From Bacteroidota bacterium (lineage in GTDB: Bacteria; Bacteroidota; Ignavibacteria; UBA10030): a stretch of DNA of 64,000 nucleotides. Under the pieces are notes generated by a model. That model had not been told where the DNA came from and did not search any database. It saw only the letters and a program-made list of their open reading frames with translations. Shown here piece after piece: positions 10,450 through 21,555 of this stretch. Within the stretch, counting starts at the first letter, position 1, and each line of letters starts with the position of its first letter. The DNA lies in the NCBI GenBank assembly GCA_026416125.1, contig JAOAFT010000006.1, positions 13,015 through 77,014 on the forward strand. The letters run 5' to 3'. The position numbers and the translations under genes were made by a program.

Positions 10450-11485
10450 CTATTTCATACTGTGATCGCACTAGCGGTTGAAACTTTGAATTGTGTTTCA
10501 ACTTCAATCGTTTCGCTAAACGTTCGACAAGTGTTTGCTCTTCGCGTTCCCATGCGTTTGGATCTTTATTTTCGCGCACTCGTACTTTTCCCCCTGCAAC
10601 CTGGCCGTACCCCCCTGCAGCTCGTGGATTATCAACAATACTGCGTAGTATAGTTGCAGCATCGACATCTGTCAGATGCGTTCGGAGTGAAAAGTGAAGG
10701 GTATCTCCATAACGACCTGTACAAAATGCCCACTGAATACCTTCACACGTCAAAAGAAAATCTGCCATTTGCGCAACGAGATCGGGATTCTCCACAACAC
10801 CAAGGTGTGATACAATAAGACGTTGCCGCACAAGCGCGTTCTGAATACCTCGTACCATTTCGCCAAAGAATCGTCGTGGACGTGATGGATTCTGAATCCG
10901 CGCTAAGAGTCGCATATCCGCAAGAGGAAGGAGTTCAAAGTACGTATCGATTGTTTCTCTTTTCGTCGTGCGTGAAAACTCCAATGTATCTGACAGAATA
11001 CCATACACGAGCGCTGTTGCAAGTTTGACTGGAACTTCGAACCCTTTAGCAAGGAGCTCACGTCCGAGCAATGCTGAAGTTGATCCGGCTTCTGTATCAA
11101 TAAGTATAAAGTCTGCTACAACCTCGTGTGCAGTACTATGCTGGTCAATTACAATTGATGCCTTTCGTTTCGGTGGAAATGAATTATTCTCAAATCCCGG
11201 TTGTGTGTCAACGAGTGCAATGTGTGGATAATGACGGAAATCAGACGTTCTAAGTTTTTTCGCCGGAATTTTCAGTAAGCGAACCATTTCGCGGTTTTCC
11301 GATCGCCCAATGTGCCCTCCGTACACAATCTTTGACCGTATCCCAACGTGGTAAGCAAGGTACTGGAGTGCAAACGCCGATGCTAGAGCATCGGGATCGG
11401 GATAATCATGCGTGAGGATAAGTAGGGGATTTAACTCATCCTTTCGTTCTTCTAGGTAATACGAGAGTTCAAGCGGTTTTGTCAT
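10424..11485 (-). CDS. DHH/DHHA1 phosphoesterase (NrnA/DhhP-like). A candidate c-di-AMP / pAp / nanoRNA phosphodiesterase.
   Basis: DHH-family motifs (LTHDYPDPDALAS; VIDQHS) and a C-terminal DHHA1-like glycine-rich motif (AAGGYGQVAGG). Overlaps the cdaA start by 26 nt. Confidence 0.75.
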   Translation of the reverse strand: MTKPLELSYYLEERKDELNPLLILTHDYPDPDALASAFALQYLAYHVGIRSKIVYGGHIGRSENREMVRLLKIPAKKLRTSDFRHYPHIALVDTQPGFENNSFPPKRKASIVIDQHSTAHEVVADFILIDTEAGSTSALLGRELLAKGFEVPVKLATALVYGILSDTLEFSRTTKRETIDTYFELLPLADMRLLARIQNPSRPRRFFGEMVRGIQNALVRQRLIVSHLGVVENPDLVAQMADFLLTCEGIQWAFCTGRYGDTLHFSLRTHLTDVDAATILRSIVDNPRAAGGYGQVAGGKVRVRENKDPNAWEREEQTLVERLAKRLKLKHNSKFQPLVRSQYEIVERSENNG

Positions 11486-11600
11486 AGTAACTTTTTATCT
11501 CTCACCATTACAGTATACAACATTTTATTTTGATATTAAATATAGCTGAACGTGCTATGGGAACCTTGCAATTCACACTCATTCTTGGTACTTTTGTGAT

Positions 11601-12665
11601 ATGAAGAGCAATGATATCATGAAACCAGACCGTAGTGCCCACGAGATTGAGATCGACAAATCATTACGTCCCACTGTTTTAGATGAATTCGTCGGACAAG
11701 AAAAAATTGTTGAAAATTTACGTGTTTTTATAGCTGCTGCCAGGAAACGTGGTGAAGCATTAGACCACGTGTTACTAACAGGTCCTCCAGGCCTCGGAAA
11801 AACGACCCTTGCATACATCATTGCCAAAGAAATGGGAGCTGGAATAAAGGTTACTTCAGGTCCGGCACTTGAAAAGCCTGGCGACTTGGCAGGGATACTT
11901 ACATCATTGAACAAAGGCGAAGTCCTTTTTATTGACGAAATACATCGAGTACCAACAAAAATTGAAGAGTACCTTTACTCTGCAATGGAGGACTTCCGTG
12001 TCGACATCGTTATCGAAAGTGGACCCGGTGCAAAAACAATCCAACTAGGCCTACAGCCATTTACCCTTGTTGGCGCAACAACTCGAGCTGGACTTATTAG
12101 CTCACCGTTGCGGTCACGCTTTGGCATTGCCAACAGGCTGGATTACTATTCTGTTGATCAACTTACACGTATCATTAAACGATCTGCATCTCTCTTAAAA
12201 ATTTCCATCGATGAAAGAGCAGTGCACGAGCTTGCAAAACGATCTCGCGGCACACCACGAATTGCAAATCGTCTCTTACGACGATGCCGTGATTTCGCAG
12301 AAGCTGATCCTAAACTTAAACAACACCAAGGAACAATAACATACGATGTTGCACGCTATGCACTGCAAGCACTCGAAGTTGACGACCATGGGCTCGATGA
12401 TATGGACAAACGTATTCTTCATGTACTCATCGAAAAGTATGACGGAGGACCTGTAGGACTCAATACACTTGCTGTCGCTGTTGGCGAAGAAGCTGGTACA
12501 TTGGAAGAAGTGTATGAACCATATCTCATTCAGGAAGGATTTCTTAAACGTACGCCACGCGGACGTGAGGCAACACCATTAGCATTCAAACATCTCGGTA
12601 TACGGAAAGTTAGTGCAATTCAGAGTGATCTTGATTTTACCACCAATCAAAAGAATCACAAATGA
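11601..12665 (+). CDS. ruvB: Holliday junction branch-migration helicase RuvB.
   Basis: Walker [12 protein letters not shown]. RuvB signature [15 protein letters not shown]-terminal winged-helix region. 354 aa. Confidence 0.92.
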   Translation: MKSNDIMKPDRSAHEIEIDKSLRPTVLDEFVGQEKIVENLRVFIAAARKRGEALDHVLLTGPPGLGKTTLAYIIAKEMGAGIKVTSGPALEKPGDLAGILTSLNKGEVLFIDEIHRVPTKIEEYLYSAMEDFRVDIVIESGPGAKTIQLGLQPFTLVGATTRAGLISSPLRSRFGIANRLDYYSVDQLTRIIKRSASLLKISIDERAVHELAKRSRGTPRIANRLLRRCRDFAEADPKLKQHQGTITYDVARYALQALEVDDHGLDDMDKRILHVLIEKYDGGPVGLNTLAVAVGEEAGTLEEVYEPYLIQEGFLKRTPRGREATPLAFKHLGIRKVSAIQSDLDFTTNQKNHK

Positions 12666-14533
12666 AACACACGCACCTTTTCATTCTGGGGCTTGGATTT
12701 GGTATTCTCGTATTTCTCTTTTCTCAGGGACCAAATCCTGTTGCTGCTCAACCATCAAAACCCCAAGTTATATTCCGATCGGTATGGTATACAACATATG
12801 CCACAGTTTTTGCAGTGGGCGATAGTGGTACTATTGCTCGCTCAACAGATGGCGGTAAAACATGGGCAGTTGAATCTTCACTCGGTGGGTTTACCGTACC
12901 ATTCTACGGTATCACATTTACTAATGAACAAACAGGGTTTATTATTGGTGCAAAAGGTACACTACTTACTACGAACGATGGCGGTGGTATTTGGACAACA
13001 GTATCAGTTCCTCAATCAACAAATTTAAATGGTATTTACTTCTCAACACCACGCGATGGATTTATTGTCGGTGATGGTGGATTAATACTTCGGACAACCA
13101 ACAGTGGCACAGTATGGAGAGTTGTACCAAGTGGAACAAAAAATAAACTCCTGAGCGTTGCATTCAGCGATAATAATAATGGAATCATCGTAGGCGAGCA
13201 AGGTACCATTCTAAAAACAACAAACGGTGGTACATCGTGGGAGGATATTTCATCTTCATTTATAAGCGGTACACTCTACGACGTTGCATTCTCAGGTACG
13301 AGCGGTATTATTGTTGGTGAAACAGGAACAATCCTCCACACGAACACTGGTGGCCAAAAATGGTCTCTTGCACCGAGTGCAACAAACCATACTCTCTTTG
13401 GTGCTATCGCTGTATCATCACAAATTTTTTATACTGTTGGTGATAAAGGATATATTCTCTTCTCCAACAACAAACCGACTTCATGGACAAAGCAAACAAC
13501 CAACATCCGTGTCGATTTGTTTGACATCGCATTTACTGGTTTCCAAACTGGGGTTGCTGTTGGCGACGAAGGTACTATTCTCTACACAACAGATGCTGGG
13601 ACAACTTGGACCTCAGCAACAGTAACACGCGAAATTTCTTACAAGAAAACGTCCACCGTCAAATCGATTGTACGACGAAATATCGCCACAATTGTTGGAG
13701 CTAATGGACTCATCCTTCAGTCAAAGGATTTCGGTGACTCGTGGGTGGAGGTACCAGTCAACATCGATAATACACTCATGTCAATCACAACGGATAATGA
13801 GAGCGGAATGTTTGCTGTTGGACTCAATGGACGGATTATTGCCTCGGTTGACGGTGGAGCAACGTGGTCAATTCAGAGTAGCAATGTTCGACAACCACTC
13901 TACGCTGTACATTTTCTTAACCCCACAATCGCTGTTGCAGTCGGTGACTACGGCGTTATTCTCCGCACAACAAACGGAGGGACTACTTGGACAGTTCATT
14001 CTGCCAACGTCATGAATCATCTACGAGGCGTATTTTTCCAAAGTGAAGATAAAGGATATGCAGTTGGTTCAGGCGGCATTCTCTTAGTAACAACAGACCT
14101 TGGGAATACGTGGACACGACGAACAACTGGTGTGAGTGCGTGGTTGAACGATATTGGAGGAACAGAACAATCTCTCTGGGCTGTAGGCGCAGGGGGGGTA
14201 ATTCTTCGCTCAAAAGACGATGGCAACACTTGGTCTCAACAAACAAGTGGTGTAACAAGTGATTTATTCGGCGTTTACTTCTTAGATAACAGTAAAGGCT
14301 TCATTGTTGGCGCCAGTGGTACTATTCTCTCAACAACGAATGGTGGAGATCAATGGATTCCTATTACCTCTCCCGTTTCAACCGATCTCCGGAAAATTAC
14401 TTTCTTTGATACCCAACGTGGAATTGTAGTAGGTGAGAATGGTGCCATCCTTATTACGCGGGATGGTGGGAAACGTTGGATAAACAACAGTTATAGACGA
14501 CCTCTTTCATTTTTCGGTATAGTCATTTACTAA
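12662..14533 (+). CDS. Secreted BNR/Asp-box repeat protein of the Ycf48/Hcf136-like beta-propeller type. Its size (623 aa) implies two tandem propellers.
   Basis: Signal peptide. More than 14 recurring S/T-x-D-G-G-x-T-W motifs ([30 protein letters not shown], ...). Start overlaps the ruvB stop (ATGA). Confidence 0.75.
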   Translation: MKHTHLFILGLGFGILVFLFSQGPNPVAAQPSKPQVIFRSVWYTTYATVFAVGDSGTIARSTDGGKTWAVESSLGGFTVPFYGITFTNEQTGFIIGAKGTLLTTNDGGGIWTTVSVPQSTNLNGIYFSTPRDGFIVGDGGLILRTTNSGTVWRVVPSGTKNKLLSVAFSDNNNGIIVGEQGTILKTTNGGTSWEDISSSFISGTLYDVAFSGTSGIIVGETGTILHTNTGGQKWSLAPSATNHTLFGAIAVSSQIFYTVGDKGYILFSNNKPTSWTKQTTNIRVDLFDIAFTGFQTGVAVGDEGTILYTTDAGTTWTSATVTREISYKKTSTVKSIVRRNIATIVGANGLILQSKDFGDSWVEVPVNIDNTLMSITTDNESGMFAVGLNGRIIASVDGGATWSIQSSNVRQPLYAVHFLNPTIAVAVGDYGVILRTTNGGTTWTVHSANVMNHLRGVFFQSEDKGYAVGSGGILLVTTDLGNTWTRRTTGVSAWLNDIGGTEQSLWAVGAGGVILRSKDDGNTWSQQTSGVTSDLFGVYFLDNSKGFIVGASGTILSTTNGGDQWIPITSPVSTDLRKITFFDTQRGIVVGENGAILITRDGGKRWINNSYRRPLSFFGIVIY

Positions 14534-14538
14534 CAACA

Positions 14539-15273
14539 CTACCCATACTTTCGCAACACGTTGAGTGCTGCTTCCATATCTTTAAAGAGCGGTGCCTCAA
14601 ATGTCATCCGTTCGTTCACCTGTGGGTGAACAACTGTTAATGAATATGCGTGGAGAGCAGTTCGTTCGAGGAGTGGTTTCTCATTCTCTTTCCCTCGGTA
14701 ATTTTGTTTGAGTGATGAAAGGAAAAATTTCCCTTCGTGACCGTAGAGTGTATCGCAAAGAATTGGATGTCCAAGCGATGCAAGATGAACGCGTATTTGG
14801 TGAAGTCGCCCTGTATGTGGACTTACTTCGACAAGTGAAAATCGATTGAATTGTTCAAGTACTCGATAGTAAGTAATCGACTCTTTCCCTTTAGACTGAA
14901 TAGTAACTTTCCCACGACGTTCTCTCAATGGCGCACATATAGTTCCTTCGCTCTCACGCGGCACACCGTGGACAAGTGCATAGTACTGTTTCTCAACTTC
15001 TCTATGCTCGAAGGCTTTTGAAAGAGTAACATGAGCATCCATCGTTTTAGCAAAAACAAGAACACCACTTGTCTCTTTATCAATTCTATGCACGACGTAT
15101 ATCCGAGAGTAGAATGAGTTAAGAAGCGTAAAAAGGTTGGGGGCTTTCCTGTTAAACCGCTCAGGAATCACTGCAAGATGAGGAGGTTTTGCAAGTACAA
15201 GGAGAACTTTATCTTCGTACACAACTTTACAGTTCAGAGATTCTAACTGTGAAAAAACCATATTGCATACCAC
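14539..15273 (-). CDS. RluA-family pseudouridine synthase.
   Basis: Catalytic motif VHRIDKETSGVLVFAK (RluA/TruA-type HRLD variant). About 240 aa. Confidence 0.8.
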   Translation of the reverse strand: MVCNMVFSQLESLNCKVVYEDKVLLVLAKPPHLAVIPERFNRKAPNLFTLLNSFYSRIYVVHRIDKETSGVLVFAKTMDAHVTLSKAFEHREVEKQYYALVHGVPRESEGTICAPLRERRGKVTIQSKGKESITYYRVLEQFNRFSLVEVSPHTGRLHQIRVHLASLGHPILCDTLYGHEGKFFLSSLKQNYRGKENEKPLLERTALHAYSLTVVHPQVNERMTFEAPLFKDMEAALNVLRKYG

Positions 15274-15276
15274 TCG

Positions 15277-16374
15277 TTACTCGCAAATTTCGAACCCTGC
15301 TTGTTGGAGTACTATCTTTGCCTCATCTGCAGTAGTAACAGAATCGAAGTACAATCGGAAAGTTCCCCCTCTTCCTTCACGTACTTTTACTAGCTCAATG
15401 TCCTTTATGTTAATATGAGCTTTCCCTAAAAGGGCTGTTAGACGAGCAAGTTGTCCTGGTTTATCTTCTATGTACACCGAAATATCAACCAGTGCCGATA
15501 TAAATCCTTTCATTGAGCGAGGAATTCGGGATCGTAATACTCGTGATCGGACAAACTCCTTTTTTAGAGCAGACGGCGCTCGTTGGAGCATTGTAATCAT
15601 TGTGGTAAGACTTTCAATGTATAATTTCACTGCTTCAGCAATGTTTTCGGTATTGAAAGCAAGAATATCGCGCCATATATCGTATGGACTCGATGCAATA
15701 CGTGTCATATCACGAAATCCACCTGCCGCTAGGGTTAGATGAGTGCGTGCTTGTGCATGTTTGTAACCTACTGTGTTGACCAACGCAACTGCTGCAAGTT
15801 GCGGTAAATGACTTACAGCCGCTACAACTTTATCGTGTGTTTCTGCATCAATAGTAAGCACCCGCGCATCGAGTGCACTAATCAACGCTACTAGTTTTCT
15901 AAAAGCAGAATTCTTTCGAAGCGGTGTAAGGAGATAGAGTGCGTTTTGAAAAAGGAGAGGATGAGCTGCATTTATTCCCGCAAACTCAGCACCTGCCATC
16001 GGATGACCACCAACAAAATTTCCATTGGGGAAATACACTCGAGCGCAATCTAGAATATGTTTCTTCACACTTCCCGTATCTGTCACAACGGCCGATGGTG
16101 ATGTATACTTAGCAACGGTTGGTAAAATGTTCACAATGTGGTCCACTGGTGTCGCTAGAACCACGAGCTCTGCATCTGCGAGAGATTGTTTCAACGATTG
16201 GGAACCTTCATGGATTGCTTTCCGTTCAATAGCACGCCTAAGGACTCTTTTCCTATCAACGCCAATAATACGAATGGAAGGAAACCGTTTACGGAGTGCG
16301 AGAGCAAGCGATCCGCCGATGAGACCAACACCGACGATTGTCACACGTGAGAATGGTGGTAGTTCGACTTTCAT
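15277..16374 (-). CDS. tyrA: Prephenate dehydrogenase with a C-terminal ACT domain.
   Basis: N-terminal Rossmann motif VTIVGVGLIGGSLALAL. C-terminal ACT-like segment (ISVYIEDKPGQLARLTALLGKAHINI). Confidence 0.85.
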   Translation of the reverse strand: MKVELPPFSRVTIVGVGLIGGSLALALRKRFPSIRIIGVDRKRVLRRAIERKAIHEGSQSLKQSLADAELVVLATPVDHIVNILPTVAKYTSPSAVVTDTGSVKKHILDCARVYFPNGNFVGGHPMAGAEFAGINAAHPLLFQNALYLLTPLRKNSAFRKLVALISALDARVLTIDAETHDKVVAAVSHLPQLAAVALVNTVGYKHAQARTHLTLAAGGFRDMTRIASSPYDIWRDILAFNTENIAEAVKLYIESLTTMITMLQRAPSALKKEFVRSRVLRSRIPRSMKGFISALVDISVYIEDKPGQLARLTALLGKAHINIKDIELVKVREGRGGTFRLYFDSVTTADEAKIVLQQAGFEICE

Positions 16375-16386
16375 TCACACATCCAC

Positions 16387-17403
16387 TTACGCAAGTGTTC
16401 TCCCGATTGCCTCCGCAATCAAACGGATTTCCTTCATCAAGGTATCGAACTGGTCAGGATAGAGTGATTGTGGACCATCGGAAAGAGCGTGGTCCGGATC
16501 GTGATGTACTTCAACCATAATCCCATCAGCACCTGCTGCAATAGCAGCTCGAGCAACCGGAATTACTTTGTCACGAATACCGACAGCGTGCGAGGGATCA
16601 GCGAAAATCGGAAGGTGACTCTTCTTCTTCACCACAGGGATTGCTCCAACGTCAAACGTATTCCGTGTAGCCGTTTCAAATGTACGTATACCTCGCTCGC
16701 AGAGAATGACTTGCTGGTTCCCACTGGAAAGAATATACTCAGCGGCCATTAACCATTCGTCAATTGTTGCAGAAAGCCCACGTTTGAGCATAACGGGCTT
16801 ACTGGCCTTTCCCAGTTCTTTCAAAAAGATATAATTTTGCATGTTCCGTGCACCAACTTGAAGAATGTCGGCGTACTCTTCGACTTCTGCAATCTGACTA
16901 CGATCCATTACTTCTGTTATTACCTTTAACCCAAACTCATCGGCGGCACGTCTGAGTAACTTTAATCCCTCAATTCCCAACCCTTGAAAGCTATATGGTG
17001 AGGTCCGTGGTTTATAAGCTCCTCCCCGCAGAATCTTCACACCACTTCGAGCCACTCGTTCAGCAATTGTAAATATTTGCTCCTCACTTTCCACTGAACA
17101 TGGCCCAGCAATGGCAACCACCGCTTTCCCTCCGATTTCAATGTCACCTACAGTATACACAGATCCTTCGCGCTTAAAAGCTCGACTTGCTAACTTATAA
17201 GGATCTGTAATCCGAATAACCTCCGCAACCCCCGGCAATACCGCAATGTGGCGATGATCGAACTCTGGACGTACTCCAATTGCCCCTAGTACCGTTCGCT
17301 GTACTCCCGTCGATCGGTGAACATCAAATCCATGTTCATGGAGAACACGAATAACGTTTTGAATTTGCTCTTCTGTTGCTTCAGGTTCAAGAACAACTAC
17401 CAT
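16387..17403 (-). CDS. aroF: 3-deoxy-7-phosphoheptulonate (DAHP) synthase of the type I-beta/KDO8PS-like class, with an N-terminal ferredoxin-like regulatory domain.
   Basis: Core motifs shared with KdsA-type synthases (GARNMQN, KRG, FDPSHA-like region [10 protein letters not shown]). An extra ~70-aa N-terminal domain like that of Thermotoga DAHPS. Confidence 0.8.
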   Translation of the reverse strand: MVVVLEPEATEEQIQNVIRVLHEHGFDVHRSTGVQRTVLGAIGVRPEFDHRHIAVLPGVAEVIRITDPYKLASRAFKREGSVYTVGDIEIGGKAVVAIAGPCSVESEEQIFTIAERVARSGVKILRGGAYKPRTSPYSFQGLGIEGLKLLRRAADEFGLKVITEVMDRSQIAEVEEYADILQVGARNMQNYIFLKELGKASKPVMLKRGLSATIDEWLMAAEYILSSGNQQVILCERGIRTFETATRNTFDVGAIPVVKKKSHLPIFADPSHAVGIRDKVIPVARAAIAAGADGIMVEVHHDPDHALSDGPQSLYPDQFDTLMKEIRLIAEAIGRTLA

Positions 17404-17430
17404 CGTTGTTGACCCTTACTAATATGCATA

Positions 17431-18261
17431 CTACTCTGTATAACGATCAAGTTTGAATTTTTCACCCAAGTACAATTTACGAGCTTCAGGATCATTTGCA
17501 AGGAACTCAGCTGTACCTGACTTCAGAATCTTCCCCTCAAAAAGCAAGTAGGAGCGATCTGTAATCGAAAGAGTTTCATGGACATTGTGATCGGTGATGA
17601 GAACACCGATATTCTTTTCTTTCAGAGCGCCCACAATCCTCATAATATCTTCGACTGCGATAGGATCAATCCCTGCAAACGGTTCATCTAGCAATATAAA
17701 TTTCGGATCGAGTGCTAAGGCACGTGCTATCTCCGTCCGACGACGTTCACCGCCAGACAATACATACCCTGGACTATTCACAACGTGGGTCAATCCAAAT
17801 TCCTCAAGTAAACGCATACACTTTTCTTCTTGTTCATGTTTACTCAGTTTCGTTGTTTGAAGAACAGCAAGGATGTTCTCCTTCACTGTGAGCCGACGAA
17901 AAATCGATGCTTCCTGTGGAAGGTACCCTATGCCTAAGCGTGCTCGCTTGTACATCGGCAGTTTTGTTATTTCTACATTATTGAAATAGACTTGCCCTCC
18001 ATCAGGGCGAATCATTCCAACAATCATGTAAAATGTTGTTGTTTTCCCTGCTCCATTGGGTCCAAGGAGCCCTACAATTTCTCCCTGTTGCACACGAATA
18101 TTCACGTCGTTAACAACTGTGCGTTTCTTATACCGTTTGATGAGGTGGGTCGCACGCAATTCAACACACCGATCTAGGTGTTGTTCCTGGTGGGGTGCTC
18201 CACACTCACTTTCGTATGTCATTGTATTCCCCATTGTTCTCGTGTGTAATTCGTAAGCCAC
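17431..18261 (-). CDS. lptB: LPS export ABC transporter ATP-binding protein LptB. The true start is probably an internal Met near 18222.
   Basis: Walker [13 protein letters not shown] signature LSGGERRR, Walker B ILLDEP. Operon position after lptC-lptA. Confidence 0.88.
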   Translation of the reverse strand: MAYELHTRTMGNTMTYESECGAPHQEQHLDRCVELRATHLIKRYKKRTVVNDVNIRVQQGEIVGLLGPNGAGKTTTFYMIVGMIRPDGGQVYFNNVEITKLPMYKRARLGIGYLPQEASIFRRLTVKENILAVLQTTKLSKHEQEEKCMRLLEEFGLTHVVNSPGYVLSGGERRRTEIARALALDPKFILLDEPFAGIDPIAVEDIMRIVGALKEKNIGVLITDHNVHETLSITDRSYLLFEGKILKSGTAEFLANDPEARKLYLGEKFKLDRYTE

Positions 18262-19525
18262 TGCGTTTTGGTCGATCTATTCTCCAATGAAATCCATCAA
18301 GATTGTATTCTGACTCTTTGCCAGCGAGCATTCGTTCTGGAATATACTGACCTTCAACACCACGATGCACCCGAAGCGTTGCAACTTCGCCTTCTTCAAA
18401 TACAATTTCAATGTGCTCACCGCTTATTTTATTTGCTCCATTTGGTACGCTGTTATCAAATACATAGTAGAAGCTCATTGCGTTCCGTTGCACATCAATA
18501 TGCTGTAATGTATTATCACGAAAGTACATAGTCAAATACTTCCCTGAGAGCTGATTAAATCGCGTCGGAGTAAGCGAATCTGAAAGTGAAATTGCCATTG
18601 CATGGCCATGAACTGTTACACGACGAAGTTCATTCTGCTCAATTTTTACAAAAATGCTATCCCCTGTTACCTGATTGTTTCCACTCCACACAATTGGTGC
18701 ATTAGTGAGAAGAATACTATCTGCCATACGAAGATACATTGCATAATTACACTTCGTTGCCAAATCGGAACGTGCCATTTGTACATTCCCAAGTGCAAGG
18801 AGCTTTTCTTCTGGCGCTTGAAAAAATTTCATCGTCGTACTCTCTACGACAGTTGTATCGATAACACCTTGATTTGTGGTATCAATTTTCACTAATCGAG
18901 GGTTCTTCGGAATAATACTCAACGATTCCTTTTCACGATATTCAAGAGAATCTCCATAGATATGGTACTTACTCACTTTGTTGTAAATGTGGACTGAATC
19001 ACGAGCTACAGAACGCGCCTCGCGTTCGAAGTACCACAGTTCATAACAGGTAATGACTGTCGATGAATCTTCTACTCTCACGTCTGTGTGAAAATACGAC
19101 CATTTTTCATCAACGTAGTAAATTCCGTGGCGTGCGGTTAGTACTTTAACACCTTGTTGGAGTCGAACACCAGTATGTACTTCCATCACACGTGTGTTTG
19201 CATTGTAAAATCCTTCATTCGACGTAAGAATTGCCTCACCTTCTTGAACCTTAACATTTCCATAGAGCTCTAGCCTATTTTGGACCATGTATCGAATTGC
19301 CCGATCACACCACACGTACACTCGTCCACCGTTCTTAGTCGGTTGTGTGAAATGAACATTCCCAATGAGTTCTCGTACCTCTTCATCTCCAACCATTTTC
19401 CCTTCGAGGCGCTGTGCAGATCGCAGCTCGATAACTGTTGCTTGCTGAGTATAACTCCAGACAGTGGGAATTGTAAGTAAAAAACTTACGGTGAGAACAT
19501 TATTGAGCAAGGACGTACTCGCCAT
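18206..19525 (-). CDS. lptA: OstA-like (LptA-family) periplasmic protein. It is unusually long (439 aa) for LptA.
   Basis: Signal peptide. Beta-jellyroll-like OstA N-terminal-type sequence. Sits between lptC and lptB. Confidence 0.6.
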   Translation of the reverse strand: MASTSLLNNVLTVSFLLTIPTVWSYTQQATVIELRSAQRLEGKMVGDEEVRELIGNVHFTQPTKNGGRVYVWCDRAIRYMVQNRLELYGNVKVQEGEAILTSNEGFYNANTRVMEVHTGVRLQQGVKVLTARHGIYYVDEKWSYFHTDVRVEDSSTVITCYELWYFEREARSVARDSVHIYNKVSKYHIYGDSLEYREKESLSIIPKNPRLVKIDTTNQGVIDTTVVESTTMKFFQAPEEKLLALGNVQMARSDLATKCNYAMYLRMADSILLTNAPIVWSGNNQVTGDSIFVKIEQNELRRVTVHGHAMAISLSDSLTPTRFNQLSGKYLTMYFRDNTLQHIDVQRNAMSFYYVFDNSVPNGANKISGEHIEIVFEEGEVATLRVHRGVEGQYIPERMLAGKESEYNLDGFHWRIDRPKRSGLRITHENNGEYNDIRK

Positions 19526-19529
19526 ACAA

Positions 19530-20075
19530 TCACTTCATCGTTGCTTGACCTGTAACACGAAAGATTTTGTAGTACCTCAAACTTTGGTCTGCTTCGAACC
19601 CATGCCCTTGCAATCGCTCTTTTGAGGTTGTTATGGTTACAAAGTTCGGTGTGTAAATGAGCTGCCGTTTATTGTCCCAAAAGAGACGCTCTGTACGGAG
19701 CCGTGATGAATCACTTGATACAACAAGAACATTCCCTCGAGCCTCCATATCGTTTGTATTTTCATCAATGACAGCTTCTTCACTTATCAAGTACGATGTT
19801 TGTTTCCCCGTAAAACCATAAAACCGTACTAACACACCACCATTCAATTCGGTTTGGGATGTTTCTTCGAAGTAGCGGAGGTACCCTGCTTGAATGATTG
19901 CTTTTACACGCCCAGAATCGACAACGGTAATTGTACTATTCCAACTTTCCTGTTGGGGAAGTTCTTCACCGGAAATATCTGTCAGAACTGAAGGTTTTAC
20001 TTTATCTTCACATCCAAAAAAGAGAGAGAGAAGTACACACACCAGTAGGACCACTAATAACTTAAGGCGAATCAT
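19530..20075 (-). CDS. lptC: LPS export system protein LptC.
   Basis: Single N-terminal TM anchor (LLVVLLVCVLLSLFF). About 180 aa. Position between kdsD and lptA. Confidence 0.7.
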   Translation of the reverse strand: MIRLKLLVVLLVCVLLSLFFGCEDKVKPSVLTDISGEELPQQESWNSTITVVDSGRVKAIIQAGYLRYFEETSQTELNGGVLVRFYGFTGKQTSYLISEEAVIDENTNDMEARGNVLVVSSDSSRLRTERLFWDNKRQLIYTPNFVTITTSKERLQGHGFEADQSLRYYKIFRVTGQATMK

Positions 20076-21052
20076 GAACGCTTTTCTCCACGTAACCCTG
20101 CTTCCACAAGGTCGTGAATGTGTACCATCCCAACTGGTCTATTGTCGGAGTCAATAACAATAAGCTGACTAATTTTGTACGTTTCCATTAACGCAAGGGC
20201 GTGAGCTGCGAGAACATCGGAAGAAATAGTTTTTGGATTCCTTGTCATTACTTCTTCTGCTGTTAATGTTGCAATATTACTCGTCCTTTGAAGAAGACGT
20301 CGTAAATCACCGTCGGTAATGATCCCTTCGAGTACTCCTACATCGTTCACTACACATGTTGCTCCGAGTCGTTTCGACGTCATTTCAACAATTGCTGTTG
20401 TAAGTGGTACTCGTGTATGAACAATTGGAACACTTTCACCCTGTTTCATTAACGATGCTACTTTTAAGAGCAATTGTTTCCCAAGACTTCCAGCTGGATG
20501 TAAGAATGCAAAGTCCTCTTTTGTAAAGTTCCGTTTGTGGAGAAGTGCAATGGCAAGAGCATCCCCCATTACGAGCGCAGCAGTGGTTGACGACGTTGGT
20601 GCAAGATCGAGTGGACATGCTTCTTCCCGTACGCCAACATCGAGAACAATGTCTGCCATTCGTGCAAGCTTCGACTCCGTAGTACCCGTCATAGCAATGA
20701 CGTACACACCAATTTGCTTGAGTCGTGGAACAAGCTCAATAATCTCTTCAGTATCACCACTTTTCGATAAACAAATGACTACATCATTTTCTGTCACAAC
20801 ACCCAAGTCACCATGGAGTGCATCGGAAGGATGGAGAAAAAGAGCCGGTGTCCCTGTTGAGTTCATTGTTGCCGCTACTTTTCGAGCTATAATGCCAGAC
20901 TTCCCCATCCCAGTAAGAATAACACGGCCTCTTGATTCGATAATCTTCTCCACTGCTTTCACAAAATTTTCGTCGAGCCGTTCTTCTATCGCAGCAATTG
21001 CTTCGGCTTCGATTCGAATAACTTCTTTCCCTTTTTCGAGTATAGGATCCAT
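20072..21052 (-). CDS. kdsD: Arabinose-5-phosphate isomerase (SIS domain + tandem CBS domains).
   Basis: SIS motif GMGKSGIIARKVAATMNSTGTPA. C-terminal CBS pair. 326 aa. Confidence 0.88.
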   Translation of the reverse strand: MDPILEKGKEVIRIEAEAIAAIEERLDENFVKAVEKIIESRGRVILTGMGKSGIIARKVAATMNSTGTPALFLHPSDALHGDLGVVTENDVVICLSKSGDTEEIIELVPRLKQIGVYVIAMTGTTESKLARMADIVLDVGVREEACPLDLAPTSSTTAALVMGDALAIALLHKRNFTKEDFAFLHPAGSLGKQLLLKVASLMKQGESVPIVHTRVPLTTAIVEMTSKRLGATCVVNDVGVLEGIITDGDLRRLLQRTSNIATLTAEEVMTRNPKTISSDVLAAHALALMETYKISQLIVIDSDNRPVGMVHIHDLVEAGLRGEKRS

Positions 21053-21053
21053 A

Positions 21054-21554
21054 TTATTTTTTCACACTTAAAATAAGCTCTATCACTTCTCGAACTGCAC
21101 CTTCACCACCATTCTTTGAACATACGTAATGCACACGTTCTTTAACACGTTCCATCGCATTCGCAGGCGCTGCCGAAAATCCTACTCGTTCGAGTACTGG
21201 CAAGTCAAACTCATCATCACCGATATACGCGATTTCTTGATCAGTAAGCGAGTATTTCTGCTTCAACATCTCGTAAACTTCGAGTTTATTTTCGAGATTT
21301 TGGTGAACCTCACTAATTCCAAGATCATGCGCACGCCGCTCAACGATGCTCGAAACTCGTCCGGTGAGAATTGCTGCTGCTATACCTGCCCGTCGTAACT
21401 TCAGCATTCCATATCCATCATGAATATGAAAACGCTTCATTTCATCGCCACTGGTAGAATAGTAAATCCCACCGTCTGTCAAAACACCATCAACATCGAG
21501 AATTAACATCTTGATGAAAGGAAGGTTCGTAAACTTCTTCTGTCGTCGTGCCAT
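21054..21554 (-). CDS. kdsC: 3-deoxy-D-manno-octulosonate 8-phosphate phosphatase (HAD family).
   Basis: HAD motif I, LILDVDGVLTDG. About 166 aa, typical of KdsC. Sits between kdsA and kdsD. Confidence 0.85.
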   Translation of the reverse strand: MARRQKKFTNLPFIKMLILDVDGVLTDGGIYYSTSGDEMKRFHIHDGYGMLKLRRAGIAAAILTGRVSSIVERRAHDLGISEVHQNLENKLEVYEMLKQKYSLTDQEIAYIGDDEFDLPVLERVGFSAAPANAMERVKERVHYVCSKNGGEGAVREVIELILSVKK

Positions 21555-21555
21555 A

